Virus record (IMG/VR): IMGVR_UViG_3300045970_000272
Location: 1-50,884 of that record
Reading direction: 5' to 3' (one strand)
DNA: 50,884 nucleotides
DNA from: a virus
Lineage: Duplodnaviria; Caudoviricetes
The translations under genes and the position numbers were made by a program. Numbering within the stretch: the stretch's first letter is position 1; each line of letters opens with the position of its first letter. The notes below the pieces were generated by a model. It made no database searches, had not been told where the DNA came from, and was given only the letters and a program-made list of their open reading frames with translations. This document shows, in pieces, positions 1 through 9,736 of the stretch.

Positions 1-127
1 GTAAGGGTTGGTAGCGAGGGCAAGACCGTGCGCCGATCGTGGCGTGAGCGTGACGCGATGCTCCGAGATGCGGAGGCAAGATGAAGGCATTTGGTAACTT
101 TATGGCAAGTTTGCTGTGGATGTTCAA
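1..127. repeat. Terminal 127-bp direct repeat (copy 1); circular assembly overlap
   Basis: 1..127 is identical to 50758..50884. ORFs read straight through the junction (66-aa ORF 50641..50841, then ATG at 81/50838). 127 is a common maximum assembler k-mer. Confidence 0.95.
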
Positions 128-239
128 CCTCATCTATGGCTTCATGTACCTGCCGACGTCGGGACTAAAGTTCCTAAACATCTTCGTGCCGTTTGCCGTC
201 GTTTATGACTTGGTGTTGAAAATAGGGAGGCTCAGATGA
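81..239 (+). CDS. Small hydrophobic (membrane) hypothetical protein, 52 aa
   Basis: Read by hand: MKAFGNFMASLLWMFNLIYGFMY...; SD GGAGG upstream; ATGA overlaps with both neighbours. Confidence 0.6.
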   Translation: MKAFGNFMASLLWMFNLIYGFMYLPTSGLKFLNIFVPFAVVYDLVLKIGRLR

Positions 240-427
240 AGAAGCCAAGCGAACTGTTTGAGGACGCGCGCTCTTGTGTTCAGTGCGGTGCTGCGATGGA
301 CGTGGGGCTGACCGACTTGATGAGGTTCTGCACCGATCCCAAGTGTCCTAACTACGGGTTAATTCAAATAGGAATTGAGCGCATGAAACGCATCAAGGAC
401 GCATATGACAATAGTGATATCAATTAA
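236..427 (+). CDS. Zn-ribbon hypothetical protein
   Basis: CVQC...CTDPKC motifs; SD GGGAGG; ATGA coupling. Confidence 0.65.
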   Translation: MKKPSELFEDARSCVQCGAAMDVGLTDLMRFCTDPKCPNYGLIQIGIERMKRIKDAYDNSDIN

Positions 428-584
428 TAAACACAAATGGAAGTGGTTGCTGTACCACCTCGGCTGGTCGGACGATTATTGCCTAAAGCATGACATCGAC
501 AAGATGGGTCACGGTTACCACAACGATCGCTTCACTTGCCCCGAATGTGATAAGGAGGAACGTGAGAAACTGGATACAAAGTAG
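405..584 (+). CDS. Small Cys/His-rich hypothetical protein, 59 aa
   Basis: Read by hand (below ORF-track cutoff): CLKH...CPEC; AAGGA upstream. Confidence 0.5.
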   Translation: MTIVISINKHKWKWLLYHLGWSDDYCLKHDIDKMGHGYHNDRFTCPECDKEEREKLDTK

Positions 585-705
585 AGCGATGGAACTGTTC
601 ATTTGGTGGGGTCACAAGATGCTTGGCTACAACGCCGTAACGCTTCACTTGAACCGTCGTACCAAGAAGTATGTGGTAGGCATTACCTTTGGGAAGACGC
701 GGTGA
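562..705 (+). CDS. Hypothetical protein
   Basis: Part of ORF 490..705; GTG at 562 follows AAGGAGG. Confidence 0.45.
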   Translation: MRNWIQSRAMELFIWWGHKMLGYNAVTLHLNRRTKKYVVGITFGKTR

Positions 706-1043
706 GGTTCTGCTGCTGGTGCGGTAAGGTTGAGGACACAGAGTTCTGTGAGTCCGAGAGCCTTGACCGCGCCGTCAAATACCATATCGCTCAGCTTGCC
801 AAACGGTACAACTGGGCGATTGCAGACAATGGTGTAAAAGGATATGATGCACTAAATATAGGAAAGGAAACTATGGTAGACAAAGTAACTCAGCAAGACA
901 AATTGATGCACGTTCTTGAGTGGTTATACACGATGGACGGCGAGTACGACACCAAAGGTGAGTGGCGCGACGACCTAGTGTCCCACCTCTATTGGTTAGC
1001 TGGCGTTGAACAGCCAGAAATGGTGGAGGACGACGATGCGTAG
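702..1043 (+). CDS. Hypothetical protein with N-terminal CCWC motif
   Basis: Part of ORF 603..1043; GTGA overlap with the previous stop; a possible internal start at 873. Confidence 0.55.
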   Translation: MRFCCWCGKVEDTEFCESESLDRAVKYHIAQLAKRYNWAIADNGVKGYDALNIGKETMVDKVTQQDKLMHVLEWLYTMDGEYDTKGEWRDDLVSHLYWLAGVEQPEMVEDDDA

Positions 1044-1470
1044 CCAATCGTGGACGTGCGAGCGATGCGGCGCACAGACCGATTCATTGGAGGACTACAA
1101 AGCGCACCGCGTGTTGCACAACACGGGTGATATCCCTGACAAATCTATCAACCAAATCTACGAAGAGGAACGTTTGGCGGGAATGCCCCCAGATGCGGAG
1201 GTAGTAGCAACCGTAACTCACGCAGACGAGCCGATTCAGCCCCAAAACACCGCCCCCACCCCGAGTAAGAAGCCTGCAAAACCAGCCCCGTGGCGCGCGG
1301 AAGGTGGAATTCACCTCGAATACAAGTACGTGGGGTACTGTTCGTGCGGATTTGAAATAGACACGCTCACGTTGGACGAGGTTGTGGACGATAAAAAGGT
1401 CGTGGTCGTAGTGGCGTGGTGCAATCAGTGCAAGAAGAAGTGGGAGCAACGCAAAGTGGCGAAGTTATGA
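1036..1470 (+). CDS. Zinc-finger protein (C2H2-like N-terminus plus C-terminal CxC/CxxC)
   Basis: WTCERCG...YKAHRVLH, then CSCG and CNQC; SD GGAGGA. Confidence 0.65.
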   Translation: MRSQSWTCERCGAQTDSLEDYKAHRVLHNTGDIPDKSINQIYEEERLAGMPPDAEVVATVTHADEPIQPQNTAPTPSKKPAKPAPWRAEGGIHLEYKYVGYCSCGFEIDTLTLDEVVDDKKVVVVVAWCNQCKKKWEQRKVAKL

Positions 1471-1649
1471 TTTGTGAAAAGTGTAAGAAACACATCGCTG
1501 CTTCGTGGGACGACCCAATGGTGCTGATTTGTGACGGTAAACGTTGCAGGTGGATGTGCGGCAGGTGCGCGGAAGCCCCTGTTAAGCATTTATTTACAAA
1601 GAAAGGAGCTTCCCGTGTTAACAAGAAGACTGCGAGCGACCAACTTTGA
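1467..1649 (+). CDS. Cys-rich zinc-binding hypothetical protein
   Basis: CEKC, CDGKRC, CGRC; ATGA overlap. Confidence 0.55.
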   Translation: MICEKCKKHIAASWDDPMVLICDGKRCRWMCGRCAEAPVKHLFTKKGASRVNKKTASDQL

Positions 1650-1863
1650 CGTTCAGGTGCAAGACGACCCGCCGGTCCATACTTACATCGTAACGTCCGA
1701 GGGACGCACCGCCTCGTTCAAACTCAACGGGGTATGGTTTGGGGAGCTGCATGGCAACATTCAACAGAATTATGTGGCAAACGTCCGTAAAGAGATGCTT
1801 TTACACGGCTGTAAGCTGCACGGACCAACGCTCACGCACTACTTGAAACAAGTGGGGAGATAA
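1615..1863 (+). CDS. Hypothetical protein
   Basis: Part of ORF 1531..1863; GTG at 1615 follows AAAGGAG; its stop abuts the next ATG. Confidence 0.5.
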   Translation: MLTRRLRATNFDVQVQDDPPVHTYIVTSEGRTASFKLNGVWFGELHGNIQQNYVANVRKEMLLHGCKLHGPTLTHYLKQVGR

Positions 1864-2772
1864 ATGCTTCTACCTGTCACGCGCAATCCGCGCAATAGAT
1901 TCACGGTGGCTACCGTTCATTACTCGGCTGATCCTGACAAGGCTTCCGAGGAGTGGATCAAGATGGCTATGCAGGGTATGCCCGAGCGCGGTTGGATGCG
2001 TGAGTACGAGATTGATTACACGATCTTTGAGGGCAAGACGTTCTTTGCCGAGTTCAAACAATTCAACGTGGAGAACTGCGCCTACATTCCAAAGGAAACC
2101 ATCTACCGTGGGTGGGACTACGGCTACCACCGCCCAGCCTGCCTGATTACCAAACTCAACAAGGACGGTCAGTGGTGCTGGTTGGAGGCGATCATGGGTA
2201 AGGACGAGGGCGTGCTGGAGTTCGGTCGGCGTATGCGCACGCACTGTATCTCGCACTACCCTGGCGCGGATTACGTTGATGTGGGCGACCCTGCTGGTGA
2301 GCAGATGTCCGACAAGGGTGAAAAGACTTCCGTGCAGATTTTGGAAACCGTTGGTATCTACATTCACTCACGCAAACAACCTGTAAAGCAGGGGTCAGAG
2401 ATTATCCGACAGAAGCTTGGTATGCGGGTGGACGGTAAGCCTGGGTTGATCGTCGACCCATCGCAACAGCTCGTCATTGATGGCTTCCGAGGTGGGTTGC
2501 ACTTCCCCGACGTCAAAGAGGGTCAACCACAACGGGAGCATTACGAGAAGGACGGTTACTACGAACACGTCTTTGACTGCGCGCGCTACCTTGCCACGGA
2601 TATGTTTACGGTGATTGGTCAGGTGCAAATGCCGAACCGCCTGTCGTCGTTCTCCGAGGAGGAGAAGTACCGCATGGGACGTCCCGTGGACGATGACTCC
2701 AACAACGACCTATCCAGTTTGGCGCACGACCTAAACTCTGATACAACTGACTTAGGAGATTACTTTGGATGA
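1864..2772 (+). CDS. terL: Terminase large subunit, C-terminal nuclease half (RNase H-like)
   Basis: WMREYEIDY linker; RGWDYGYHRP (first catalytic Asp); GDPAG; C-terminal EHVFDCARY (usual TerL D-H-x-x-D-x-x-RY). No Walker motifs. Confidence 0.85.
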   Translation: MLLPVTRNPRNRFTVATVHYSADPDKASEEWIKMAMQGMPERGWMREYEIDYTIFEGKTFFAEFKQFNVENCAYIPKETIYRGWDYGYHRPACLITKLNKDGQWCWLEAIMGKDEGVLEFGRRMRTHCISHYPGADYVDVGDPAGEQMSDKGEKTSVQILETVGIYIHSRKQPVKQGSEIIRQKLGMRVDGKPGLIVDPSQQLVIDGFRGGLHFPDVKEGQPQREHYEKDGYYEHVFDCARYLATDMFTVIGQVQMPNRLSSFSEEEKYRMGRPVDDDSNNDLSSLAHDLNSDTTDLGDYFG

Positions 2773-3005
2773 TTTCATTCGACCACAAGAACTTACTCCA
2801 ATTCCTCAAAGAGCAGTACCCACACCTGTACGACGTGCAATCGCAGGTCGATAGGATTTGTGAAATCTCGGGGTTTGGTGACGTTTCGATGGTGCTGCAC
2901 ATCAGCAAGCGTCTGGTGACCAACGGAGAGATCCTGGGTGCTGCCAAGCGGTCGTACTTCAAGCAAATATCCGATGGCACGATGGTAAAGACGCGGTTGG
3001 ATTGA
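2769..3005 (+). CDS. Hypothetical protein
   Basis: 78-aa ORF with ATGA overlap to terL-C; GFGDVSMVLH beta-hairpin. Confidence 0.6.
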   Translation: MISFDHKNLLQFLKEQYPHLYDVQSQVDRICEISGFGDVSMVLHISKRLVTNGEILGAAKRSYFKQISDGTMVKTRLD

Positions 3006-3031
3006 CGCGCGTAATTGGAACGTGCTATAAA
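3002..3031 (+). promoter_or_regulatory. Sigma70-like promoter
   Basis: TTGACG-18 bp-TATAAA with TG extended -10. Confidence 0.45.
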
Positions 3032-3064
3032 GAAAGCGGCCTTACTATTGGCTATAAAAGGAAG

Positions 3065-3091
3065 AACTCCCACCACTGATGGGAGTTTATT
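3065..3091 (+). terminator. Hairpin / weak intrinsic terminator
   Basis: AACTCCCA-7 nt-TGGGAGTT followed by TATTGGTTT. Confidence 0.4.
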
Positions 3092-3096
3092 GGTTT

Positions 3097-3408
3097 ATGG
3101 ACACCAACGAGACAGATTTACTCAAACTGATCCAAGAAGCCACCGACGCTGAGGACTATGACGCTGTCAAGGCGCACATGGCTCACTTAATAGAACATCA
3201 AAGCACACTCCCCCAGACCAATTTGACCAATGAAGACCTGGTTGAAAAGGGGTTCGACATTCTCCTCATTCAAAAGGAGCGCGCGCTGCGCGACTCCATC
3301 AACCAACTCAACCAAGACGGTGACTTTGCCACCGCCACTCAGAAGATGCGCGAGTTACGCCAGCTACAACGATTACAACCAAAGTACACAGGAGTAAAAC
3401 TAAGATGA
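3097..3408 (+). CDS. Helical hypothetical protein
   Basis: ORF 3079..3408; ATG at 3097 preferred because 3079 lies inside the hairpin. Confidence 0.6.
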   Translation: MDTNETDLLKLIQEATDAEDYDAVKAHMAHLIEHQSTLPQTNLTNEDLVEKGFDILLIQKERALRDSINQLNQDGDFATATQKMRELRQLQRLQPKYTGVKLR

Positions 3409-3659
3409 GTGCCAACGTAGACAAAGTCCTCGAGTACGTTTTGAAGAACACCAAGGAACTACCTGCCGATAAGATACAGGCTCTTGCCAGCGTGATCAAA
3501 GCTCTCGGCACAGAGATCCCCGAGGCTCCCAACTCCGTGGACGACACCCCCGATACAACCTTTGCAGACGAACAATCCCCCCTAGACCTGACCAAGATCA
3601 CTGAGGTCATGATTGATGGGCGCAAGCAGAAAATTAATATCGTTGGTAATACCAATTAG
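3405..3659 (+). CDS. Hypothetical protein
   Basis: 84-aa ORF, ATGA-coupled, directly before the portal. Confidence 0.65.
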   Translation: MSANVDKVLEYVLKNTKELPADKIQALASVIKALGTEIPEAPNSVDDTPDTTFADEQSPLDLTKITEVMIDGRKQKINIVGNTN

Positions 3660-3671
3660 AAAGGTAATGCT

Positions 3672-5888
3672 ATGGCTGATGTACCCAAACCTAAAGACGA
3701 AACATCTCAAGCCGACACAATGGACTTAGCAAAGATTGCTATCCAGCGTGAAGAGCGTCAGAAGGCTGAGCTGCTGTTTACGTCAGCCTCCGATTCCCGC
3801 AAGAGATACGACTGGGAGTGGTTGAACCGCGACCTGTTCCGCAGAGGATATCAATTTTCAAACAGCAATCCTAATAACAACACGGTGGTGTTGCAGTCAC
3901 GCTCCAACGCGCGCATTCCCATTAACATCGTCCACGCTCAAATGCGAACGATTAAGAACCAGGTCACCTCTATCCGACCCAAGTGGGAGGTTACTCCCCG
4001 TGGGCTGTCCGACGAGGCTGTCAAGAACGCGCGTTACTCAGGTAAATTGCTGGACAATTACTACGACTATTTGGGTCTGCGCCGATTGCTCAAGGACGTG
4101 GTCATTCAGGGGTTGGAATACTCCGTGGGTGGTCCCTGGCAGATAGGTTACGACCCGTACGGCGGAACTGACGGCACAGGTGACGCGTTCATCTGGTTGG
4201 TCGACCCCTTTGATTTCTACATCGACTCATCGGCAACCACTCCAAACAACGCCGAGTTTGTCATCAAAGCGGTGCGTACACCTCTCAACAAGGTGCGCTC
4301 CAACCCCGATTACAACTGGTCAACTGACAAGTACGAGATACAAGGCGACCAACGATTAGCTGCGTCCGAGTACAAACAGTTCTTGCTGCAAGCCATGAGG
4401 CGCAACCAGAACCAAAACAAGAGCGAGGAAGAGTCGGGCGTCATCTTGAAGGAAGCCTGGATCAAAGTTCACCTGGACGATCGCAACATGGAGGAGATGA
4501 AGACTGAACTCGAGGAGAACAACGAGGACACTGAGAACCTGCGCATGGGTGAAATCATCATGCGGTACGTGGTTTACATTGACTCGTTGCAAGACCCGCT
4601 CCAATGCAAACTACTCCGCGAGAGCGAGTTCCCATTCTCACTGTTCCAAGCCGACGTAAACCCGATGGAGGTGTACGGCGAGTCCTGGATCAAGCACGTC
4701 ATTCCAATGAACCGCGCGCTGAACGCTTTGGAGTCGTCCATCTTCCGTTACAACTACAAATACGCCATAGGGCGCATCATCATCGACAAGAACTCTGGTG
4801 TCCGAATGTTCTCCAACGAACACGGCGACATCATCGAGAAGAACGCTGGGTCAGAGGTGTCGTCAATGGCACTCCAACCGTTACCCAGCTCGTACCAGCA
4901 ACAGATTTCCAACATGAGAATGTACATCGAGGACATCGGTGGTGCGCACGAGGTTTCAATGGGTCGTGTCCCAGCAGGGGTTAAGTCAGGCATCGGTATT
5001 GCCGAGCTTAAGGCTGCAGACGCGGTCAACCAACAGGACTTGATTGATGGTTTGGAGGACTTCTTGGTGGACGCGGGTAAGAAACTGCTCAAGGTTATCG
5101 CCAAGAACTTCGACGTACCCAAGGTTATCAAGGCTCTCGGTAAGGGTGGCAAGCCCGAACACTTCGCCATCATTGGTGAGAACGCTGCGTCATTCCGCGA
5201 GAACCTCTCCACAGTTAAGATCGGCACGGACACCTTTGACCTATCGGTGATTGGTGCTGACAACGAGGTGAAAGTATCGGTCGGATCGTGGCTCGCCTAC
5301 ACCAAGGGCGCACGTCTTGAAATGTTGAAGGAATGGTTTGGTGCAGGGTTAATTGACCAAAAGACGTTCCTTGAACACGCTGAGTTTGCCGACATCTCGG
5401 GTATCGTTGACCGCACGCGCCAAGAGGAACTCTTGAAGCGCAACCAAGGTGCTGAGTCTGCAACCGACCCAGGTGTTACGGACGAGGAGATCGCCAAGTC
5501 TGAGAACGCATTGATGACAGAAGATGGGCGCGACGACGTCAAGGCTATGCCTGAGGACAGACACCAGGTTCACCTGGCTATCCATCAGGAGGCACTTGGT
5601 ACAAAGGGCGACCCAATCGTAGAGGCGCACATGGCAGAACACGAGGATTTCATTAGGCAGGGAGTCAGAACTCCTGCACGACCAGAGGCGCAACTTGCAC
5701 CTCCTCAGGCTCCAATGCCTCAAGGTATGGGTCAACCTCAACCTGCTATGGCTCCCCAAACGGTAGCTCCACAAGCGGGTCCCGTTGCACCTCCACAAGC
5801 CCCGATGCCTGGTCAGGGCGGACAACCAATGAGTCCAGAAGAACAGGCACTTCTGCAAAGCCTCACGGAGATAACGGGAGGTAGGTAA
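3672..5888 (+). CDS. Portal protein (P22-like)
   Basis: 738 aa after terminase; IPINIV...IRPKWEV, VDPFDFYID, YGESWIKHVIPMNRALN, EVSMG...SGIGI motifs; Q/P-rich C-terminal tail. Confidence 0.85.
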   Translation: MADVPKPKDETSQADTMDLAKIAIQREERQKAELLFTSASDSRKRYDWEWLNRDLFRRGYQFSNSNPNNNTVVLQSRSNARIPINIVHAQMRTIKNQVTSIRPKWEVTPRGLSDEAVKNARYSGKLLDNYYDYLGLRRLLKDVVIQGLEYSVGGPWQIGYDPYGGTDGTGDAFIWLVDPFDFYIDSSATTPNNAEFVIKAVRTPLNKVRSNPDYNWSTDKYEIQGDQRLAASEYKQFLLQAMRRNQNQNKSEEESGVILKEAWIKVHLDDRNMEEMKTELEENNEDTENLRMGEIIMRYVVYIDSLQDPLQCKLLRESEFPFSLFQADVNPMEVYGESWIKHVIPMNRALNALESSIFRYNYKYAIGRIIIDKNSGVRMFSNEHGDIIEKNAGSEVSSMALQPLPSSYQQQISNMRMYIEDIGGAHEVSMGRVPAGVKSGIGIAELKAADAVNQQDLIDGLEDFLVDAGKKLLKVIAKNFDVPKVIKALGKGGKPEHFAIIGENAASFRENLSTVKIGTDTFDLSVIGADNEVKVSVGSWLAYTKGARLEMLKEWFGAGLIDQKTFLEHAEFADISGIVDRTRQEELLKRNQGAESATDPGVTDEEIAKSENALMTEDGRDDVKAMPEDRHQVHLAIHQEALGTKGDPIVEAHMAEHEDFIRQGVRTPARPEAQLAPPQAPMPQGMGQPQPAMAPQTVAPQAGPVAPPQAPMPGQGGQPMSPEEQALLQSLTEITGGR

Positions 5889-5891
5889 ATC

Positions 5892-6638
5892 ATGCCGTTC
5901 GATCGCAAGAAACTAATAGCCTTGAGAAACAACGTTCAAGCCATGATTGGTAAAATTGAACGTGAGGACAAGCTCGGCAACTTAGACAACATCATTAGTG
6001 AGAACACTAACGGTGCGATCACGGCGGCGTTTGCGCAGATGGAGTCACGCATGGAGCAGGCGATGTCCGCTCGTGGTGGTGGCGATTTGGAGGAGGTTAT
6101 TGAGAAGCTTGGTCGGCGCATCACGTCGGCGTACTCCAGTGCCTCCCCTAAGGACAGGACGGACGAGGTTATCACCGCCATCTCAAACATACGGTTCCCA
6201 GAGGTCAACTTCCCCAACACGGTATCTATCGACAACTTCCCTCCCCAAAAGATACCCAACCCCGTCACGAACATCAAAGCGACCATCGTGGGCGACACCA
6301 CAGGGTTGCTCGGTGGCGACACCGTCCACAAGTTCGGTGAGCAGACGGTGGCGGCAGGCAACACGGTCGCGTTGGCAACGTACACCGTCCCCGTCGACTT
6401 ATCTTTATTGGTGAAGGGCGTTTATGCGGAGGGGATAGACGACGGCTTATTCGCCCTCTACATTGACAGTACGAAGGTGTGGCAGGCGCGCAACTCATGG
6501 ACGCAGCGCAACGTGGAGTCCGACATTCAATTCAATTCAGTGGCGACAGGCTTGGTAGTCGAGCTGAGAGTGACCAATCTTAAAAATCTATCCAAGCAGT
6601 ATTCAGGAGGTTTCTATGGCATCAGAGTTAACCCGTAA
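5892..6638 (+). CDS. Virion protein: helical N-terminus plus C-terminal YTVP-type beta-sandwich
   Basis: C-terminus aligns by eye with that of 6847..7521; N-terminus resembles 9733..9936. Confidence 0.6.
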   Translation: MPFDRKKLIALRNNVQAMIGKIEREDKLGNLDNIISENTNGAITAAFAQMESRMEQAMSARGGGDLEEVIEKLGRRITSAYSSASPKDRTDEVITAISNIRFPEVNFPNTVSIDNFPPQKIPNPVTNIKATIVGDTTGLLGGDTVHKFGEQTVAAGNTVALATYTVPVDLSLLVKGVYAEGIDDGLFALYIDSTKVWQARNSWTQRNVESDIQFNSVATGLVVELRVTNLKNLSKQYSGGFYGIRVNP

Positions 6639-6828
6639 ACAACAGATCACCTTAATGGAGCTGGAGGACAAGGTTCCTATGCTCAAACTTAAACGCCGAC
6701 AAATCCAAATGGAGATGATGCGGCTGGAAGATAAAATCAACGACTACAAACAGTCACTCGAAGATAGTGACGCCGCCATAACCAAAGCGGAAGCGGAGTT
6801 CGCTGATTACAAATTAAGCCTTAAATAA
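6616..6828 (+). CDS. Coiled-coil protein
   Basis: 70-aa heptad-rich ORF; SD AGGAGG. Confidence 0.65.
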   Translation: MASELTRKQQITLMELEDKVPMLKLKRRQIQMEMMRLEDKINDYKQSLEDSDAAITKAEAEFADYKLSLK

Positions 6829-6846
6829 GGGAGGTGAAATAGACAA

Positions 6847-7521
6847 ATGGCAGATTACAATTCAAGTTTACCCGTAAGAACAGAAGCTGACGGTGACTTA
6901 GGTGCGCGTATCGTTGGTGCAACACCCGCGAACGTCTGGGTCATTGATGCAAGTGGTATCGGTCAGGTAAATCTCAATGACGGTACTAACGCATTGGCGA
7001 TTAATGCGGCTGGTGGTATCGGCGTTACTTTGGCAACAGGATCAGAAGTCAAGATCACTGATGGCACAGACACGCTCGCTATTACTTCGGCTGGATCAAT
7101 CACATCGCTTATTTCTGATGGTACCGACACTTTGGCTGTTAATACTGACGGCTCACTTAATGTGAACGTGGTCACCAGCACCGCTGGAGATCAAGTTCAT
7201 TCCTACGCAACCAGTGCTTCGTTAGCAGCAGGCGCAACAGCAACCGTGGTCAGTTACACCGTTACAACCGCAAAGACACTCTTACTCGCTTTGGCTCATG
7301 CTTCGGCATCAGGTAAAGCTAAGGTGGAAGTGTTAAGTGGAGTATCAGGTTCAGAAACCGTCAAGGCTGTATTCTTTATCAGCACCTCTAATGGATTCGG
7401 TACCGCTGAGTTCCCCAACAGGATCGAAGTGGCTGCAGGAGACAAAGTCCTCGTAAAGATGACCAACCGCGACAACCAGAGCCAAGATGTGTACGCATAC
7501 ATCAATGGTGTTGAAGTTTAA
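6847..7521 (+). CDS. Fibre/decoration protein with short beta repeats
   Basis: Three (I/L)xDGT(D/N)xLA(I/V) repeats; C-terminal beta-sandwich; strong SD GGAGGTGA. Confidence 0.65.
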   Translation: MADYNSSLPVRTEADGDLGARIVGATPANVWVIDASGIGQVNLNDGTNALAINAAGGIGVTLATGSEVKITDGTDTLAITSAGSITSLISDGTDTLAVNTDGSLNVNVVTSTAGDQVHSYATSASLAAGATATVVSYTVTTAKTLLLALAHASASGKAKVEVLSGVSGSETVKAVFFISTSNGFGTAEFPNRIEVAAGDKVLVKMTNRDNQSQDVYAYINGVEV

Positions 7522-7543
7522 TAAGCGTACGCCCCAACGTGGT

Positions 7544-7567
7544 GGTGGGTGGAGCAGTCTACCCACC
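7544..7567 (+). other. GC-rich hairpin after stop codon
   Basis: GGTGGGTGGA-GCAG-TCTACCCACC; no clear U-tract. Confidence 0.5.
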
Positions 7568-7596
7568 CCCCGTTAGGTTTATGATAGGATCAAAAT

Positions 7597-9306
7597 ATGG
7601 CAGATATATTGGCACCAACATCAGATGTTTCAATCTTTGATAACGACTCTAGCGTCTACGCTACGGTCAATGCCAGCCATGAATTATTGACCAAAGACAC
7701 CACCGCCGATAACTCCTTGGCGGGTATCAAAACTCAAACCGACAAACTCACCTTTACGGGTTCAAACCTTAACACCAACGCAACGGTTGCAGCGGTATCA
7801 ACGGGCGGTGACCAACCCAACGCCGAGGTTGCTCTCAACCCAGGCGACACTTCCCCCCTACTGCTTGATGGTAGCGGCAACCTCCAAACGCGCGCGCTTA
7901 TCCTGACGGACGAGGGTTCTATCTCTGAACCGTTTGCAGGCACTTCTCTCCCAGCAGGGTGGACATCGGTGGTTGGTACAGGCGGTTCAGTGAGTGTCGC
8001 CAATTCAATCTTGACGATAGCCTCTGGCACGACAGCCAATTCAGAAACGTATGTGACTTTCCCGATTGATTATTTGCCAATCAGAATTGATTTGATTGCC
8101 CAGGTTTCCCAGCGAATAGCTAATCAGGATATTTACATTGGGGTGTCCGACACTGTTAACCCAGCGACAGAAACCCAGTACGCTCGGTTGCGTTTCAATG
8201 GAACGAATAACTTGGCGGTTCTTTGTGAAACCGCAGCCCACACTGGCACAGGTGGTCAGGAGAGTGACGCGAGTGTTTTGAACAACAGCTCGGCACTCTA
8301 CCAGAGCTACAACATCAGTTTATTGCAAGAGCTGGTAAGTTTTGAGGCGGGTCTCACTCGTATCGAGCGCGAAGTTTTGCAGGCAGACGAAACCCAAATC
8401 CCCTCACCATACACCCCCCTTTTTATCAGGTTCCGTATCAAGAATGGGGCGGTGGCTCCAGCGTCCTCCACTGCTTTGAAAATTGATACCGTTCGTGTTT
8501 TGAACATGAACCGTGTGGATATTGCTCAAAAGGACACCCAGGATAGTGCGGTGGTTTCGATTGTTGGCTACGACACATACAGTCAGGTAAACAGACGAGT
8601 GAACGTGGACACCGCTGGACGGTTGCTCATTTCCCAGGAGAACCCCGCCTCTCAATTGATGACGTTTCGATACGAGGCGGTGGTTAACTTTGCAGGGGCA
8701 TTGGTTGGTCAATGGTGGGAGGCGATTGAATACATTGTCCCAGCGGGGTACAAATACAACATCACCAACGTCATGTTCTCGTCCCTTGATACAAAAATGA
8801 CTGGTCGATTATCGAAATACATTAGGGGCGGGACGTGGAATATCGCCACCAATGCTTTCACACCTACGGGATTTTCTTACCCAGCACCATACTTTGCAGA
8901 CTACTTGGAGCTTGAGCTTGACACTACGGTTGGAAATGCTGACGTAACCGTGACGGTGACTTACACCAATCAAGATGGAGTGGCTGGGAAACACGCAACA
9001 GCGGTAGTTCCCAAGAATACTGTGGCAGGTTTCAAAATCCCAATGACGCTTGAAACTGGCGACACGGGCGTGAGGGCAATCTCCGCGGTGAGTGATAATT
9101 CCAACGTTGCAGGGACATTGACCCTCAATATGGGTGTGACCATCTATCAACAGACTTGTACGATTGTAAATGAAACCTATCGAATACTCCCTCCAAAAGA
9201 CATCGTGGTTTACCCAGGAGAATTGGTTGTGGCGGATATAACGGTCAACGGCTCATCCAACGTCAATAGAATGATTAACATTACAGGTAAGATGGAGAAA
9301 CTATAA
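7597..9306 (+). CDS. Large beta-rich virion protein (head fibre/spike, lectin-like core)
   Basis: 569 aa, T/S/V/N-rich; FAGTSLPAGWT lectin-like start; YIVPAG domain near the C-terminus. Confidence 0.6.
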   Translation: MADILAPTSDVSIFDNDSSVYATVNASHELLTKDTTADNSLAGIKTQTDKLTFTGSNLNTNATVAAVSTGGDQPNAEVALNPGDTSPLLLDGSGNLQTRALILTDEGSISEPFAGTSLPAGWTSVVGTGGSVSVANSILTIASGTTANSETYVTFPIDYLPIRIDLIAQVSQRIANQDIYIGVSDTVNPATETQYARLRFNGTNNLAVLCETAAHTGTGGQESDASVLNNSSALYQSYNISLLQELVSFEAGLTRIEREVLQADETQIPSPYTPLFIRFRIKNGAVAPASSTALKIDTVRVLNMNRVDIAQKDTQDSAVVSIVGYDTYSQVNRRVNVDTAGRLLISQENPASQLMTFRYEAVVNFAGALVGQWWEAIEYIVPAGYKYNITNVMFSSLDTKMTGRLSKYIRGGTWNIATNAFTPTGFSYPAPYFADYLELELDTTVGNADVTVTVTYTNQDGVAGKHATAVVPKNTVAGFKIPMTLETGDTGVRAISAVSDNSNVAGTLTLNMGVTIYQQTCTIVNETYRILPPKDIVVYPGELVVADITVNGSSNVNRMINITGKMEKL

Positions 9307-9566
9307 TGAACTACCTTTACCTTTCAACAATTCAGCGATACACCGACAGCGTTCAAGACCAAGCAGAGGTTACTGACTTTGAGGCGTTGAAAAGTGGCAC
9401 GGTTTTGGTGAGCAACATTTTCTTGGCAGAGAACACTTTTATCATTGAAGAGCCGTACGACACTTTCAAAACCCACATTGTTGCACCGATTGCTTGGGGT
9501 GACGTGCGTAGAACCGAGCTTGGTAAGGAATACAAAATGTACCTAATAACAGGGGAGGCATTGTAA
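9306..9566 (+). CDS. Hypothetical protein
   Basis: 86 aa with TAATG coupling on both sides. Confidence 0.65.
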   Translation: MNYLYLSTIQRYTDSVQDQAEVTDFEALKSGTVLVSNIFLAENTFIIEEPYDTFKTHIVAPIAWGDVRRTELGKEYKMYLITGEAL

Positions 9567-9736
9567 TGGCAGCCAAGTACAAATCAAACGTTCTGACAGT
9601 AACCCCATCATGGACGAACGCTCAACTGACCACCGCATTGGACACCCAGCTCGCATTGGGGTGGGAACTCAAGCAGGTGGTGACGATTACCGCCACCAAC
9701 GTCAAGGCATTATTTATCAAAAAGGTATCAGAATGA
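9566..9736 (+). CDS. Small DUF4177-like protein, 56 aa
   Basis: Read by hand: MAAKYKSNVLTV...LDTQLALGWELKQVV (GWEL motif); SD GGGGAGG; coupled at both ends. Confidence 0.6.
   Translation: MAAKYKSNVLTVTPSWTNAQLTTALDTQLALGWELKQVVTITATNVKALFIKKVSE

Noticed and set aside
1-127. Terminal repeat as a biological direct terminal repeat
   Set aside because: It is exactly 127 bp, falls mid-gene and matches a standard assembler k-mer. It is best read as a circularity overlap.
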